Source: a virus (taxonomy: Duplodnaviria; Caudoviricetes). Taken from it: DNA of 64,000 nt. Positions 1-9,775 of this stretch are shown piece after piece. A model generated the notes under the pieces. The model was given only the letters and a program-made list of their open reading frames with translations, ran no database searches and had not been told where the DNA came from. Each line of letters starts with the position of its first letter. Positions within the stretch are counted from its first letter, which is position 1. The stretch spans positions 6,459-70,458 of the IMG/VR virus record IMGVR_UViG_3300028832_000007. One strand, given 5' to 3'. The translations under genes were made by a program, and so were the position numbers.

Positions 1-1
1 T

Positions 2-1657
2 ACGATAGCGCTTGCGAACGTGAACGATGCCGACGACCTGAAAGCGATCGAGGCCCTGACGGGTACATCCGGTCTGCTGAAAAAGACGGCTGCAAACACC
101 TGGACCCTCGACACGACGGCATATCTGTCGTCGCACCAGACCGTGACGCTTGCTCCTGGAACCAACAACGGAACCCTCAAGCTGACCACGGCTGCGGGAG
201 TCGTTGACAATATCGCCGTGAAGGGTCTCGGGACTAACGCCTTCTCGTCCGAGGAGTATCTGCCGCTGACGGCTGGATCGTCGAAAGAGCTGACCGGCGA
301 CCTCTATACAAGTAAGTGGATAACGGCCAGACCTGCTGTAACCGAAACGGAGACGAACTATCAGGCGGATTTCAGAATAAATCTGAGAGACCCTAACAAT
401 GCCTCGACCTATATGTTTTTTGGACGAGCCGCCAAGAACAAGGCAACTAATGTCATGACATACTACACGTATCTCACCGGAGGTTTCTTTACTTGCCAGT
501 ACACTCAGACACCTGCCGGAACTCAGGGATACAGATACTTCACCGTCGGCTCAAGTGTGGCAAAGGCTAATGCCAACTCAGGCTGCGGTGCGATAAGGCT
601 CTACGGTCTGACGAATGCGGATAGTGAAAGGGCTTACATGGTTACGCTCCGTCCTGCAGTCATCACCTCCGCAAAGACGATCGTTATCCCGGACAAGGCA
701 GGAACGATAGCCCTGACGACCGACAACGTGGCTTCCGCTACGGTCCTCGCAACCGCAAGGAACATCAACGGAACGGCCTTCGACGGCTCCGCCGATATCA
801 CCACGGCATTGTGGGGAACGGCGAGGAACATCACCATAAGCGATTCCGACAACACCAACACGGGAACGGCGGTCAGCGTCAACGGAAGCGCGAACGTCAA
901 CCTTCTACTCCCTGCAACGATAAAGGCTACCCTTAGTGGCAACGCATCGACGGCCACGACATTGGCTACCAGCAGGAGTATCTGGGGGCAGTCATTCGAC
1001 GGCTCGGCAGACATTACCGGAGCTATGAGCGATGTCACCTCCATAGATTCCCTGCTCTACCTCGACACGACCAACTCCCGTATCGGAATCGGTCAGTCCA
1101 GTCCTGCATACAAGCTCGACGTGGCTGGCACGTTCAGGGCGACCGGTAATTCCCAGATAAGCGGAGCCCTCGGCGTGACGGGACTTGCGACATTCGGCAG
1201 CAATGTCAGGCTGTCAGGGCATTCTCTCTATTTTGACTCTTCACACAGCAAGTATGCGGTGTACGACACTACGGAGGGCGGACTTCATTTCAATTGCGGT
1301 ATCTACACTGACTCATGGTCTTCCGCCGGCGGCGTATCCACTACGTCAGATATCAGGATGAAGACCGATTTCGTCAAGGTAGGGCTGACCTTGGCAGACA
1401 TAGCCAAGGCTCCTGCAGTTGAGTTCGCATGGAAGGACGGACGCGGAAGGAGTGCCGGCTCAATCGCCCAGTATTGGGAAAAACACCTGCCGTACAACGT
1501 CCACGGAGACGAGAAGAAATCAATGGAATACGGCAATATTGCCCTCCTGTCTGCAATCACCATAGCGAAAGTCGTGGAATCCCAGGAAGCTAAGATAGAG
1601 CGGCTGGAGAAACGCGTCGAAGAACTTGAATCGGAAGTACAACTCTTAAAACAATAG
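2..1657 (+). CDS. Tail fibre/spike, 5'-partial, with C-terminal intramolecular chaperone (peptidase S74-like)
   Basis: Frame is open from base 2. Thr/Ala/Gly-rich repeats (ATARNINGTAFDGSADIT / ATSRSIWGQSFDGSADIT); C-terminal SDIRMK...YGNIALLSAITIAKV..QEAKIERLEKRVEELE is the typical chaperone plus coiled coil. Confidence 0.85.
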   Translation, partial: TIALANVNDADDLKAIEALTGTSGLLKKTAANTWTLDTTAYLSSHQTVTLAPGTNNGTLKLTTAAGVVDNIAVKGLGTNAFSSEEYLPLTAGSSKELTGDLYTSKWITARPAVTETETNYQADFRINLRDPNNASTYMFFGRAAKNKATNVMTYYTYLTGGFFTCQYTQTPAGTQGYRYFTVGSSVAKANANSGCGAIRLYGLTNADSERAYMVTLRPAVITSAKTIVIPDKAGTIALTTDNVASATVLATARNINGTAFDGSADITTALWGTARNITISDSDNTNTGTAVSVNGSANVNLLLPATIKATLSGNASTATTLATSRSIWGQSFDGSADITGAMSDVTSIDSLLYLDTTNSRIGIGQSSPAYKLDVAGTFRATGNSQISGALGVTGLATFGSNVRLSGHSLYFDSSHSKYAVYDTTEGGLHFNCGIYTDSWSSAGGVSTTSDIRMKTDFVKVGLTLADIAKAPAVEFAWKDGRGRSAGSIAQYWEKHLPYNVHGDEKKSMEYGNIALLSAITIAKVVESQEAKIERLEKRVEELESEVQLLKQ

Positions 1658-1660
1658 ACT

Positions 1661-3172
1661 ATGCCTTACAATCCGCTTTCAAAGATAGTGACATCTCCGG
1701 TCAGCATCGGGGATGTTCAGCAGGCTATGAGCGATTATCGCTACAACGACATTGGCAATCTCTGTACGAGCGACAAGATCAATCACATGGCCAAGTACCA
1801 TCCTCTCAAGCCTACGGGCTTCCCTAGGCATCACCTTACCCCTTATGAGCGGGAGCAGAGGAACTACGGATGGTCGGATACTTATGTGGAGGGGGTTGCC
1901 CTCCTTCTTGACCCTTGGCCGCAATCACTTTCGAATCTTCCCCAGTTTGAACTGAAACGGAAGGACGATTCCCGTCCTTGGATATATTACAACCTGTGGG
2001 ACTTCGCAGAGGACGCTCAGTATGGCTATTATCATAGCGCCCCGAAGCAAATACTCTATAGTTGCGAAGGTACCGCACTAGCAAATGATGTCGTAAACCC
2101 TGCGAGCGGAGGAGCGAGGTTCATGATATTGCAGGATCTGGTCGATTCGGCGATCAGCGGAAAACTCCTTTCCTGGAACAACAGGACCCTCGTAGATTCG
2201 GGGCTTCATAGGGTTATATCTGCAGACCAGAAGGAGTGTTCAATCTATCCGGAAGACCTGGTGTTCCATTCTCCGGGGACGGGGTTCGACCACTATATAT
2301 ACGACCATAATAGTTATCTGTGCGTCGTAATCCAGGATCTCAATCGTATAGGCGAACAGGGGTCTTACCAGATACTCGACGCAGCAAGGGCACTGGGATA
2401 TCCGAGCACTCTCGAAGAGGCTCAGGAAATGCTCTTTGTAGATCTTTCTAACGCATTTGTGCAATATTCCAACCACAACTATGTGGCCATCCTCTGCGTA
2501 CATGCAAGAGACCAGATATTACAGGGTAATGAGATCACCTACAAGGATATCTTCATCCCTATCCAGGGCTCTGCAGAACACCCTACGGTTATACCGTTCA
2601 CCGATATCCTCCCACGGGAAGGTTACGACTATCAGGCAGTAGGGTTCTCGCCGGTTATGACCCCTCCAGCGCCGGGCCTCATAGTAGTCTTCCGTTCAAA
2701 TCTTACCGTCACGTCCCGAGACAGTGACGTGTATATCAGGATGAGGGTCAAGAACCATACGGGAGTCCCTTCCGGGGCTGACGCTGAGACGAGTTTGAAG
2801 TGGAAGCTCAACATTAGGTTCAGGGGCAACCTCTATGACAAGAACGGGTATAACTATTACGTGGACGAGACATATTCGCTCCCGTTCGAAGATTATTATC
2901 CGACAACCCAACAGTTCTTGTCCCTTCCTGACGGGCAGCTTGTCCCCGTAACCTTCAAGATACCGAGCGACAGAAAGCTGTTCAGGACAAGGACTATCAC
3001 GGACCCGTTGGACCCTCGGTATGGAACGCGCATCGTTCCTGTTAGCGGAACCCTCAATGTAATCTCATGCGAAGTGACGTTCAATGGTGCCGTCCTTAAC
3101 GAGATGCCCGACCAGCCGAGTATGTCGGTAACGGTGAATGATCCTTCAAACGAGAACGAAGGACATGTATAG
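1661..3172 (+). CDS. Putative virion-associated protein downstream of tail fibre
   Basis: 503-aa ORF coupled to the fibre gene; N-terminal PVSIGDVQQAM...DIGNLCTSDKINHMAKYHP motif recalled from Bacteroidota phage tail regions. Confidence 0.55.
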   Translation: MPYNPLSKIVTSPVSIGDVQQAMSDYRYNDIGNLCTSDKINHMAKYHPLKPTGFPRHHLTPYEREQRNYGWSDTYVEGVALLLDPWPQSLSNLPQFELKRKDDSRPWIYYNLWDFAEDAQYGYYHSAPKQILYSCEGTALANDVVNPASGGARFMILQDLVDSAISGKLLSWNNRTLVDSGLHRVISADQKECSIYPEDLVFHSPGTGFDHYIYDHNSYLCVVIQDLNRIGEQGSYQILDAARALGYPSTLEEAQEMLFVDLSNAFVQYSNHNYVAILCVHARDQILQGNEITYKDIFIPIQGSAEHPTVIPFTDILPREGYDYQAVGFSPVMTPPAPGLIVVFRSNLTVTSRDSDVYIRMRVKNHTGVPSGADAETSLKWKLNIRFRGNLYDKNGYNYYVDETYSLPFEDYYPTTQQFLSLPDGQLVPVTFKIPSDRKLFRTRTITDPLDPRYGTRIVPVSGTLNVISCEVTFNGAVLNEMPDQPSMSVTVNDPSNENEGHV

Positions 3173-3175
3173 GGA

Positions 3176-3207
3176 TTTGCTATTTAGGTACAAAAAACAT
3201 ATATTTG
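3176..3207 (+). promoter_or_regulatory. Bacteroidota sigmaA-type promoter for lysis module
   Basis: TTTG (3176-3179), 20-nt spacer, TATATTTG (3200-3207). Confidence 0.75.
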
Positions 3208-3226
3208 TAAAAATTCCTAATCTGTT

Positions 3227-3670
3227 ATGAAAAAGAGTGAAATAAGGGTCGCGCTTGACGCGTTGAAAAGGCTTAAGCTCCCCAAGATTGAGGACAAGGA
3301 GATGAGGAACAATATCATCTCGATTCATTTCTTTCTTCTTAAAGCTCAGAAAGAACTCGATTCTGCCGTTGCGGACGCCGAGAACGTTTATCTGGCTCCT
3401 TACAAGGACGAGCTCAGGGAGATCTCCGAGCTGCAGCAGAAGGCTCTGGTTGCTAAGAGCCAGGATGAGGCGATGGATTATCGCCGCAGGGTCCAGGAGC
3501 ATGAAGAGTGCAACAGGGCTGTCGCATCGTACAATGCGGAAGTGACGAAAATCCTTGCAGAGGAGATAGAACTTCCTGCCAAGATTAATCATGACAGCTT
3601 CGTAAAGAATATGGAAACCCAGGATATGGGACTCGATATTCAGGAAGCTCTCTACCCTTTATTCGAGTAA
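3227..3670 (+). CDS. Hypothetical protein (helical)
   Basis: 147-aa ORF directly behind the promoter and coupled to the amidase. Confidence 0.7.
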   Translation: MKKSEIRVALDALKRLKLPKIEDKEMRNNIISIHFFLLKAQKELDSAVADAENVYLAPYKDELREISELQQKALVAKSQDEAMDYRRRVQEHEECNRAVASYNAEVTKILAEEIELPAKINHDSFVKNMETQDMGLDIQEALYPLFE

Positions 3671-3673
3671 GCT

Positions 3674-4261
3674 ATGCCTAAATTTATACTGTTGGACCCA
3701 GGTCATGGACAGGAAACCCCCGGTAAGAGGTCTCCTGTCTGGCCTGACGGCTCCATTCTCTATGAGTACGAATTCAATCGGGATATCTGTTCCCGAATCA
3801 GTTCTGCATTGTTCCGGGAAGGGCTGGGCACGAAGGTGTATAACCTTGTTCCGGAACTGGACGACATTTCTTTGGCTGAAAGGGTTCGTAGGGCCCGCAG
3901 ATGGTGTGCCAGCCTGGGAAGCGACGCGCTATTGATAAGCGTGCATGCAAACGCGGGCGGGGGAACCGGATTTGAAGTCTTTACCACTCCGGGGGAAGAT
4001 CATTCGGACCTATATGCCTCCCAGTTCTCAGAAATGCTGAAAGCCTCTTTCCCTGACATTAAATTCAGGGCTGACGTAGGTGATAACGACCCCGATAAGG
4101 AGGCGAACTTCTATATCATCAAGAATGCCCCATGCCCAGCCATGCTCGTGGAGAACCTGTTCATGGACAACGAGGCGGATTGCCACAAGCTGCTGGATCC
4201 TGGTTTCAGGGACAAGCTGGCCGGGGTATATGTCGAATTCATTAAAAAGGTTTTGTCGTGA
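3674..4261 (+). CDS. Endolysin, N-acetylmuramoyl-L-alanine amidase (Amidase_3)
   Basis: ILLDPGHG, YEYEFN, ISVHANA, AMLVENLFMDN zinc-amidase motifs. Confidence 0.93.
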   Translation: MPKFILLDPGHGQETPGKRSPVWPDGSILYEYEFNRDICSRISSALFREGLGTKVYNLVPELDDISLAERVRRARRWCASLGSDALLISVHANAGGGTGFEVFTTPGEDHSDLYASQFSEMLKASFPDIKFRADVGDNDPDKEANFYIIKNAPCPAMLVENLFMDNEADCHKLLDPGFRDKLAGVYVEFIKKVLS

Positions 4262-4794
4262 AAAAAGAAATCAAACGAGGGATAGTCGTCACGCTCGGCT
4301 TCCTCCTCATCTTGCTGGCTATTAATCTTCTTTTCTCGTGCTCTCCGAAGATTGTGGAGAAGATCGAGACCAAGGTGGAGTATCGTGATTCTATTCGCGT
4401 CGAGGTCCGGGAGAGGATAGTCCATGACACAGTGAAGGTGCAAGTGCCTGTGGAGATTGAGAAGGTCGTAACCCCTTCGGACTCTTCGCACATTGAGACA
4501 TCCTTCGCGGTTAGCGAGGCTGTAATGAAAGACGGCATGTTGCATCATTCAATTTGGAACAAGCCCCAGGCGATAGAGGTCCCAGTGGCGATACCCGTTA
4601 AAGATTCGACGGAATATCATCAGACCTCATCAGTAAACGATACAGCGGTCGAGAAGACTGTCTATGTAGAGAAACCCTTGTCTTGGTGGCAAAAGTTCAG
4701 AATTTGGGCGTTTTTCCCGCTTCTATTGGCCGTCCTTTATCTTGGCAGAAAGTATATCTGGAAATTCATCGAACTAATCCTTAAACTCATATAA
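4258..4794 (+). CDS. Lipoprotein with C-terminal transmembrane helix; unimolecular-spanin-like
   Basis: Signal peptide ending LLFSC (lipobox), beta-rich V/E/K/T body, C-terminal WWQKFRIWAFFPLLLAVLYLG; overlaps the endolysin stop. Confidence 0.65.
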   Translation: MKKEIKRGIVVTLGFLLILLAINLLFSCSPKIVEKIETKVEYRDSIRVEVRERIVHDTVKVQVPVEIEKVVTPSDSSHIETSFAVSEAVMKDGMLHHSIWNKPQAIEVPVAIPVKDSTEYHQTSSVNDTAVEKTVYVEKPLSWWQKFRIWAFFPLLLAVLYLGRKYIWKFIELILKLI

Positions 4795-4796
4795 TC

Positions 4797-4904
4797 ATGG
4801 CAAAGAAAATCGTTCCGAAGTCCGGCTCCGCACCGAAGAAGGTTGTGAGCGGAGGATACAGACCGAAAGTCAGCATCCATCTCAAACCCCAAAAAAAGAA
4901 ATAA
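4797..4904 (+). CDS. 35-aa Lys-rich microprotein (not in ORF track)
   Basis: MAKKIVPKSGSAPKKVVSGGYRPKVSIHLKPQKKK; its stop overlaps the next ATG (TAATG). Confidence 0.55.
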   Translation: MAKKIVPKSGSAPKKVVSGGYRPKVSIHLKPQKKK

Positions 4905-5332
4905 TGGTCGCCGACGAGAAAGAAAAAGTACGACAGCTGCTTCTCAGGCTTAGGCGTGTCACCATTGCGGTAGAGGCGATCCCGTTCATATATGGGTTCG
5001 CCTATATCGTTGCGTTGATATGCTATCTATCGGGGAACGACAGCCTGCAGTTCGTCATGGACGAGCTGTTCTACGTCTCTCCGCTTTTCGTGCTCTGCCT
5101 CCTCTGGCTCTCGTGCTTGCTGAAACTATGCAGGTGGCATAAAATCGCCTGCTGCGTTCCTCTCCTCATCCAGGTGGATGTCTTTGCAGGTTTTTTCCTC
5201 TGCGACTTCAGTAACGCCCAGAAGTGCGTGCATATCCTCATCACGCTTTTTATTCTTGTAACTCTTTTGTTTTCTTGTTATAAAATTTTCTTCCCGAAAT
5301 GGAGCCGGCAAAGCTGTTATCTGAAATCTTAG
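4904..5332 (+). CDS. Multi-pass membrane protein (holin candidate or sensor)
   Basis: Several hydrophobic segments; lies at the end of the lysis module. Confidence 0.5.
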   Translation: MVADEKEKVRQLLLRLRRVTIAVEAIPFIYGFAYIVALICYLSGNDSLQFVMDELFYVSPLFVLCLLWLSCLLKLCRWHKIACCVPLLIQVDVFAGFFLCDFSNAQKCVHILITLFILVTLLFSCYKIFFPKWSRQSCYLKS

Positions 5333-5580
5333 CGTTCTACAAATACAAGGTAGACAACAACCTCTGTTCCGTAGAGGAGATAAACAGCGTGCTTAAGGCC
5401 CTCGAGGAAAATATGGAAATATACGGAACCATCGAGGATTTCTCAAAGTTCTACAACACTCCGGAGAGCAATATCCGCTCCATGATCTGCCGCAAACTGC
5501 TTGCCAAACCAAAGAGGGTCCTCCTGTATCCTTTCCACAAATTCGTGGACATCGTGCCTGAGAAATGGCGCAAAAAATAA
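5299..5580 (+). CDS. Small putative DNA-binding (HTH-like) protein
   Basis: GTIEDFSKFYNTPESNIRSMICRK resembles an excisionase-type HTH. Confidence 0.45.
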   Translation: MEPAKLLSEILAFYKYKVDNNLCSVEEINSVLKALEENMEIYGTIEDFSKFYNTPESNIRSMICRKLLAKPKRVLLYPFHKFVDIVPEKWRKK

Positions 5581-5651
5581 TTCCTATCTATCATACTGTC
5601 AGTCCGTTAGCTATATTTTGCAGCTAGTTTATCATTGTCAGGGTCGGTCGT

Positions 5652-5659
5652 TATCTTTG
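5652..5659 (+). promoter_or_regulatory. -7 promoter element upstream of six-gene cassette
   Basis: TATCTTTG 55 nt before the ATG at 5715; no well-spaced -33 TTTG. Confidence 0.5.
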
Positions 5660-5714
5660 TAAGAGAATAAGACCGGTCTCAAAATAATGTTGAACTTTTA
5701 AATACAATAAAAAT

Positions 5715-6572
5715 ATGGCAGAATCGGACAAAACGATTATTCTTCCAGACAACCAGCACCCGGGGTATGCATATCCGATGGGTGGACTGGGTGCCGGCTT
5801 CGGCTCTTTCAACTCTATCGCGGACCTCTTCGGTCTTGCTATCATAGCCAGCATGTTCGGCTGGGGCGGTAACTGGGGCGGCGGTTTCGGCGGCTTCGGC
5901 GGTAACGGCGCAGGGTTCCTCTCCAATCAGCTCAATAACGACAGCGGAAGGGAGCTCATCATGAATGCCGTTACATCCCAGGGAGAAGCTTCCCGTACGG
6001 CAATCCAGAGTCTCGCGACAATGCTCGGACAGGACTTCAATCTCGTGAACGGAGCTGTCCAGAACGTGCAGAACGCCCTCGCTACCATAGCTGCGAACCA
6101 GGGTATGAACACCCTCCAGGTGGTCAACGCCATCCAGAACGGCAACTGTCAGCTCGCAAGCCAGTTCCAGGAGTGCTGCTGCGCTCAGAAGCTCCTCACC
6201 GTCGAGCAGGGATACCAGTCTCAGCTCAGGACCGTGGAGCAGACAAACACCCTCAACGGCTCCATCGCCGACCTCAAGGCGACGGTTATCGACAAGTTCT
6301 GCGACCTCGAGAAGCGAGAGATGCAGGCTAAGATAAACTCTCAGGCCGACATCATCGGACAGCTTCGCGGTCGGATCGACAACGCAAATCAGACAAACCA
6401 GATCATCGGATACGTGAATAGCGTGATTTCCCCTCTTCAGACCAAGGTCAACGAAATCGCTGCCAAGCAGCTTCCTACCGTACCCGTGGTTTATCCGAAC
6501 ATCCAGGCCGTAAACAATACTCCTTACATGGGAGGTTACTACGGCTATAACGGCAACGGTTTAGTTTTCTAG
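5715..6572 (+). CDS. Gly-rich / Gln-Asn-rich protein with CCC motif (cassette gene 1)
   Basis: WGGNWGGGFGGFGG, then Q/N-rich helices and QFQECCCAQK; family recalled from gut phages, function unknown. Confidence 0.8.
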   Translation: MAESDKTIILPDNQHPGYAYPMGGLGAGFGSFNSIADLFGLAIIASMFGWGGNWGGGFGGFGGNGAGFLSNQLNNDSGRELIMNAVTSQGEASRTAIQSLATMLGQDFNLVNGAVQNVQNALATIAANQGMNTLQVVNAIQNGNCQLASQFQECCCAQKLLTVEQGYQSQLRTVEQTNTLNGSIADLKATVIDKFCDLEKREMQAKINSQADIIGQLRGRIDNANQTNQIIGYVNSVISPLQTKVNEIAAKQLPTVPVVYPNIQAVNNTPYMGGYYGYNGNGLVF

Positions 6573-6585
6573 GGAGGGCAGTACC

Positions 6586-6921
6586 ATGTGGGAGTGCGTT
6601 AACAACATAACGACTAATACACGTGGGGTGCCTTACCTCGCCACGACTGGCGTGACCGTAGGTACTGACGCAGTGGATTTCTCCCTGGGCTTCAGGGCTA
6701 TTCCACGCAGCGGCTATATCACGATCCGCATATCCGAGGCGATTCCTACGGGAACTACCGGGACGCTCCCGGTGCGGTTCACCCTTAACGGGAATACCCG
6801 TGCGCTTACGTCGTTCGGCGGTGTAGCTGTGACTGTCGCCGATCTAACAGGAGCGGGTGTCATAACCGTCTTCTATGACTGGTTTAACGGCATACTGCAA
6901 GTTGTATCACCTATCGTATAA
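6586..6921 (+). CDS. Small beta-sandwich-like protein (cassette gene 2)
   Basis: 111-aa Thr/Val/Gly-rich ORF. Confidence 0.75.
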   Translation: MWECVNNITTNTRGVPYLATTGVTVGTDAVDFSLGFRAIPRSGYITIRISEAIPTGTTGTLPVRFTLNGNTRALTSFGGVAVTVADLTGAGVITVFYDWFNGILQVVSPIV

Positions 6922-6937
6922 CATAAATTTATAAACA

Positions 6938-7456
6938 ATGCTTTCAGGACTTAGACAAGGAACACCGGTTTTCATTCTTTACAAGAACGAACCGCGATTC
7001 GCGGTGGGAAAGGTCGTACAGGTCAGCAATCAGTATCCTCCGCAGTTCAACTTCCAACAGCCACTCAACCCGACGACCATGGGTATGATGGTAGATTTAT
7101 CCATCGAGGTGGATGGGAAAACGGAAACGTATTCAAGGATTCCGATAAATTCGTCCATCGCTGAATTCCCGGACAAGGGAGTCATTATCAGCGAGACGAG
7201 GGACGGGATTGTCAACGAAGTCAACGTTATCCGCAATGCCAGTCAGACTGCTATAGAGCAAGTGGATGTCCATAAGAGGATAATTTCGGCATGCGACCAG
7301 CTTTTGCTGGACTTGAACCCGCAGCTGAAGCACGACCAGGAGCAGGCAGGCAAGATTGCCCGGCTGGAAGAGCAGATTGCTGGAATGAGCGAGCAGATCG
7401 CCGCGATGACAGGGCTCCTGTCTAAGTCCTTGGGTAAGAAAAAAGAATCTGAATAA
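6938..7456 (+). CDS. Hypothetical protein with C-terminal coiled coil (cassette gene 3)
   Basis: 172-aa ORF; KIARLEEQIAGMSEQIAAM coiled coil. Confidence 0.75.
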   Translation: MLSGLRQGTPVFILYKNEPRFAVGKVVQVSNQYPPQFNFQQPLNPTTMGMMVDLSIEVDGKTETYSRIPINSSIAEFPDKGVIISETRDGIVNEVNVIRNASQTAIEQVDVHKRIISACDQLLLDLNPQLKHDQEQAGKIARLEEQIAGMSEQIAAMTGLLSKSLGKKKESE

Positions 7457-7458
7457 AT

Positions 7459-7701
7459 ATGGGTTATAGAATTATCAGCATGAGGGGAGGACGCTATGGA
7501 CGCAAATCCTCCAACACTGACGAGTTTTACGAGGCTATGGACATGGCCAAGGAAGGCTTGGAGAAAGTGTGCGAACTCGCCGAAGAAATGCGCGAGCAGT
7601 ACGGCGACAGACATGGCGATTATGGCAGACGCGAGAACTGGGACGAGATGGAAGACTATGGAGAGCGTCGCCGTAGGGACTCGAGAGGTCGTTATATGTA
7701 A
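7459..7701 (+). CDS. Arg/Gly/Tyr-rich small protein (cassette gene 4)
   Basis: RGGRYGR N-terminus, YGERRRRDSRGRYM C-terminus. Confidence 0.75.
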   Translation: MGYRIISMRGGRYGRKSSNTDEFYEAMDMAKEGLEKVCELAEEMREQYGDRHGDYGRRENWDEMEDYGERRRRDSRGRYM

Positions 7702-7746
7702 TTTTCGGGGGCGGGACCACTCGCCCCTAAGTTTATTAGAAATAAG

Positions 7747-8148
7747 ATGAACAGGCTAGACTATTATGAGATATTGCCTTCCGGAATGGAAGCCTACCTG
7801 AGCCTCTATTCGTGGCACTTCTCTAAGAAGATGTGCGAGTTCGCCATCTCTAAGATGAAGGACAGAAACGACGAAAAGGTCAAGATGAAGACCAAGGAAC
7901 AGGTCGACGCGATCCTGAAGGCAAACAACATAGAGCTGAAAAACGACTATGGCTATGATGCCGTATTCGTCTATCACATGGGGCTGTCCGACTATTCGGG
8001 AAGCTCCGTACCTGACGAGGCTCATCTCGCCAGATATGTAAAAGACGTCCTGGATGACAAGGACGGCTATGAGGGCGTAGCCCTGACCAGGTTTCTTGCG
8101 GACTGTAACGGAAAGGGCGTGCCGATAATTTGGACAGATGTTATTTAG
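7747..8148 (+). CDS. Hypothetical protein (cassette gene 5)
   Basis: 133-aa ORF overlapping the next start. Confidence 0.75.
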   Translation: MNRLDYYEILPSGMEAYLSLYSWHFSKKMCEFAISKMKDRNDEKVKMKTKEQVDAILKANNIELKNDYGYDAVFVYHMGLSDYSGSSVPDEAHLARYVKDVLDDKDGYEGVALTRFLADCNGKGVPIIWTDVI

Positions 8149-8542
8149 AGAGATTCATATAAGGCGCTGGAACGTCATGTTCTTTTTCTCCTTCGACACG
8201 TTCGATGAGGAGCGTATCTTGGATGCCCTTGTCTGGGCAGACGCGCCCGGTTCTATCATTTCAAAAGTGTCAGAGAATATTCGCGCCGAGCATCTCAACG
8301 AAGGGTTCTGTTATAGCAACCCTCTGGAACGGAAGTCCGTATTAGGGATAGGCAAGACCACCAACGGCCCGGAATACATGGATACCACCGTCCATGAAAT
8401 CGTGCACGTGGCTCAGCATATCGCCCAGACGGACGGGATAGACCCCCTCAGTGAGGATTTTGCATATCTGTGCGGCGATCTATCCGAAACCGTTTCCGAT
8501 ATAATCTGTAAGCTTTCATGCCCACGCTGCGGAGCTCATTGA
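8138..8542 (+). CDS. HExxH zincin-like protein (cassette gene 6)
   Basis: TTVHEIVHVAQHI followed by SEDFAY (candidate third ligand Glu). Confidence 0.65.
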   Translation: MLFREIHIRRWNVMFFFSFDTFDEERILDALVWADAPGSIISKVSENIRAEHLNEGFCYSNPLERKSVLGIGKTTNGPEYMDTTVHEIVHVAQHIAQTDGIDPLSEDFAYLCGDLSETVSDIICKLSCPRCGAH

Positions 8543-8550
8543 GGCAAGTT

Positions 8551-9126
8551 TCAAGCTTCGCAAAAATCCCCTCGGTTTGCGGTGCCGGGGGGATTTCCTT
8601 TTATTTTCCGGATATACCATAAATATCGCTTCAGGTATATATCCGCCATGAGATTATGGGCCTCGCGGGCATATATCAGCCTGGACCGTTCGGCGAGACT
8701 TAACTCAGAACGAACAAGCATGCTGAGTGATTCCGTTCGTCGGAAATAATAGCTGTCGCTAGATATCATCTTGCGAAGCATCGTGATTTTGAACTTTTTC
8801 ATTTCAAAGATTTTTTACAAGTCCTTGCACCTTTCTGCCCCCTTCAACTCTTCCTCGGCAATCTTTGTCATTCTCTCGACCTCCCATCTGGAGACTGCTA
8901 CAGCGATTCGAGACAATTTCGCGAAGGATACTTCAGGATAGCGTTTACTGAGTTCAGCTATTAATGCAGCAAGCTGCTCGTCATGGTCATCTTTGCGGTT
9001 CTCGATCGTTTCACCGACATTTCTAACAATGAACCGCTTTCGAATCCTCAGGCTAAATATCAAGCCCACGAAGCAAAAAATTCCCAAACAGACTAATACA
9101 ATTATATCAGCAATACCCATAATCAT
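8551..9126 (-). CDS. Two small hypothetical proteins (8551-8802, 8815-9126; the second has an N-terminal TM helix)
   Basis: Tightly packed ORFs at the end of the - strand block. Confidence 0.55.
8562..8602. terminator. Bidirectional intrinsic terminator between convergent blocks
   Basis: AAATCCCC-TCGG...CCGG-GGGGATTT stem with A-run before and T-run after. Confidence 0.8.
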
Positions 9127-9127
9127 T

Positions 9128-9775
9128 TTATTTTATTAGTTCAAACTCGTACACGAATACATACGGATTGCTCTCCCAGGTCCCTTTGCCGGATACCTTG
9201 TCAATGAGAGCAGCAAAGGCTTCACGAGGTGTGAAATAATGTGTTCTACTGTTTTCGAAACGGTAATATGAAACTGCATGTCCATTCTGAAAACTTACAT
9301 CAATTCCTTCCCTAAAGCAGTCCTCCTCGCTGATATCCTGGAGCCTTTCGATGTGGATATTCGTGATACGGATCTGGTGAGGCATAAGGTCTGCACGGAC
9401 AAACATCTTGTTGTCCCAACCTCCGCTCTGCATAAGGTGTGAGTACGGATGGCTTGCCTCGCAAATAGTCCCATCGTTAAGCGCAACATCTTCGTATGTT
9501 TCTGGGTTATATCGAGGAATATCCCGATAGGCTTGCGCCACGGCCACAACCTCGCCGGGCTGATAACGCGGAAAAATATCGAGATAGTCTGTAGCGAATG
9601 GAAGTTTAAGAACGAGCGATATCATCGCCCTCCCTTTTTCGTCCATACCCCACTCAGTAAGATCGCATTCGGACATGCCTTTCAATTCTGGGACAATCCT
9701 TCTCGTCATCGTCTTGCGACCTTCCAGCACGGCTCTTGTAAGACCGTACTTGTCATTAAACATTATCTTTTTCAT
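9128..9775 (-). CDS. ASCH/PUA-like domain phage protein
   Basis: MKKIMFND...AVLEGRKTMTRR start, ITNIHIERLQDISEEDCFREGI and WESNPYVFVYEF end. Confidence 0.7.
   Translation of the reverse strand: MKKIMFNDKYGLTRAVLEGRKTMTRRIVPELKGMSECDLTEWGMDEKGRAMISLVLKLPFATDYLDIFPRYQPGEVVAVAQAYRDIPRYNPETYEDVALNDGTICEASHPYSHLMQSGGWDNKMFVRADLMPHQIRITNIHIERLQDISEEDCFREGIDVSFQNGHAVSYYRFENSRTHYFTPREAFAALIDKVSGKGTWESNPYVFVYEFELIK

Noticed and set aside
730-1030. Tail-fibre internal repeats as DGR TR/VR pair
   Set aside because: Differences are not adenine-specific, both copies are in-frame protein repeats, and the only RT is truncated, non-DGR-like and has no avd.
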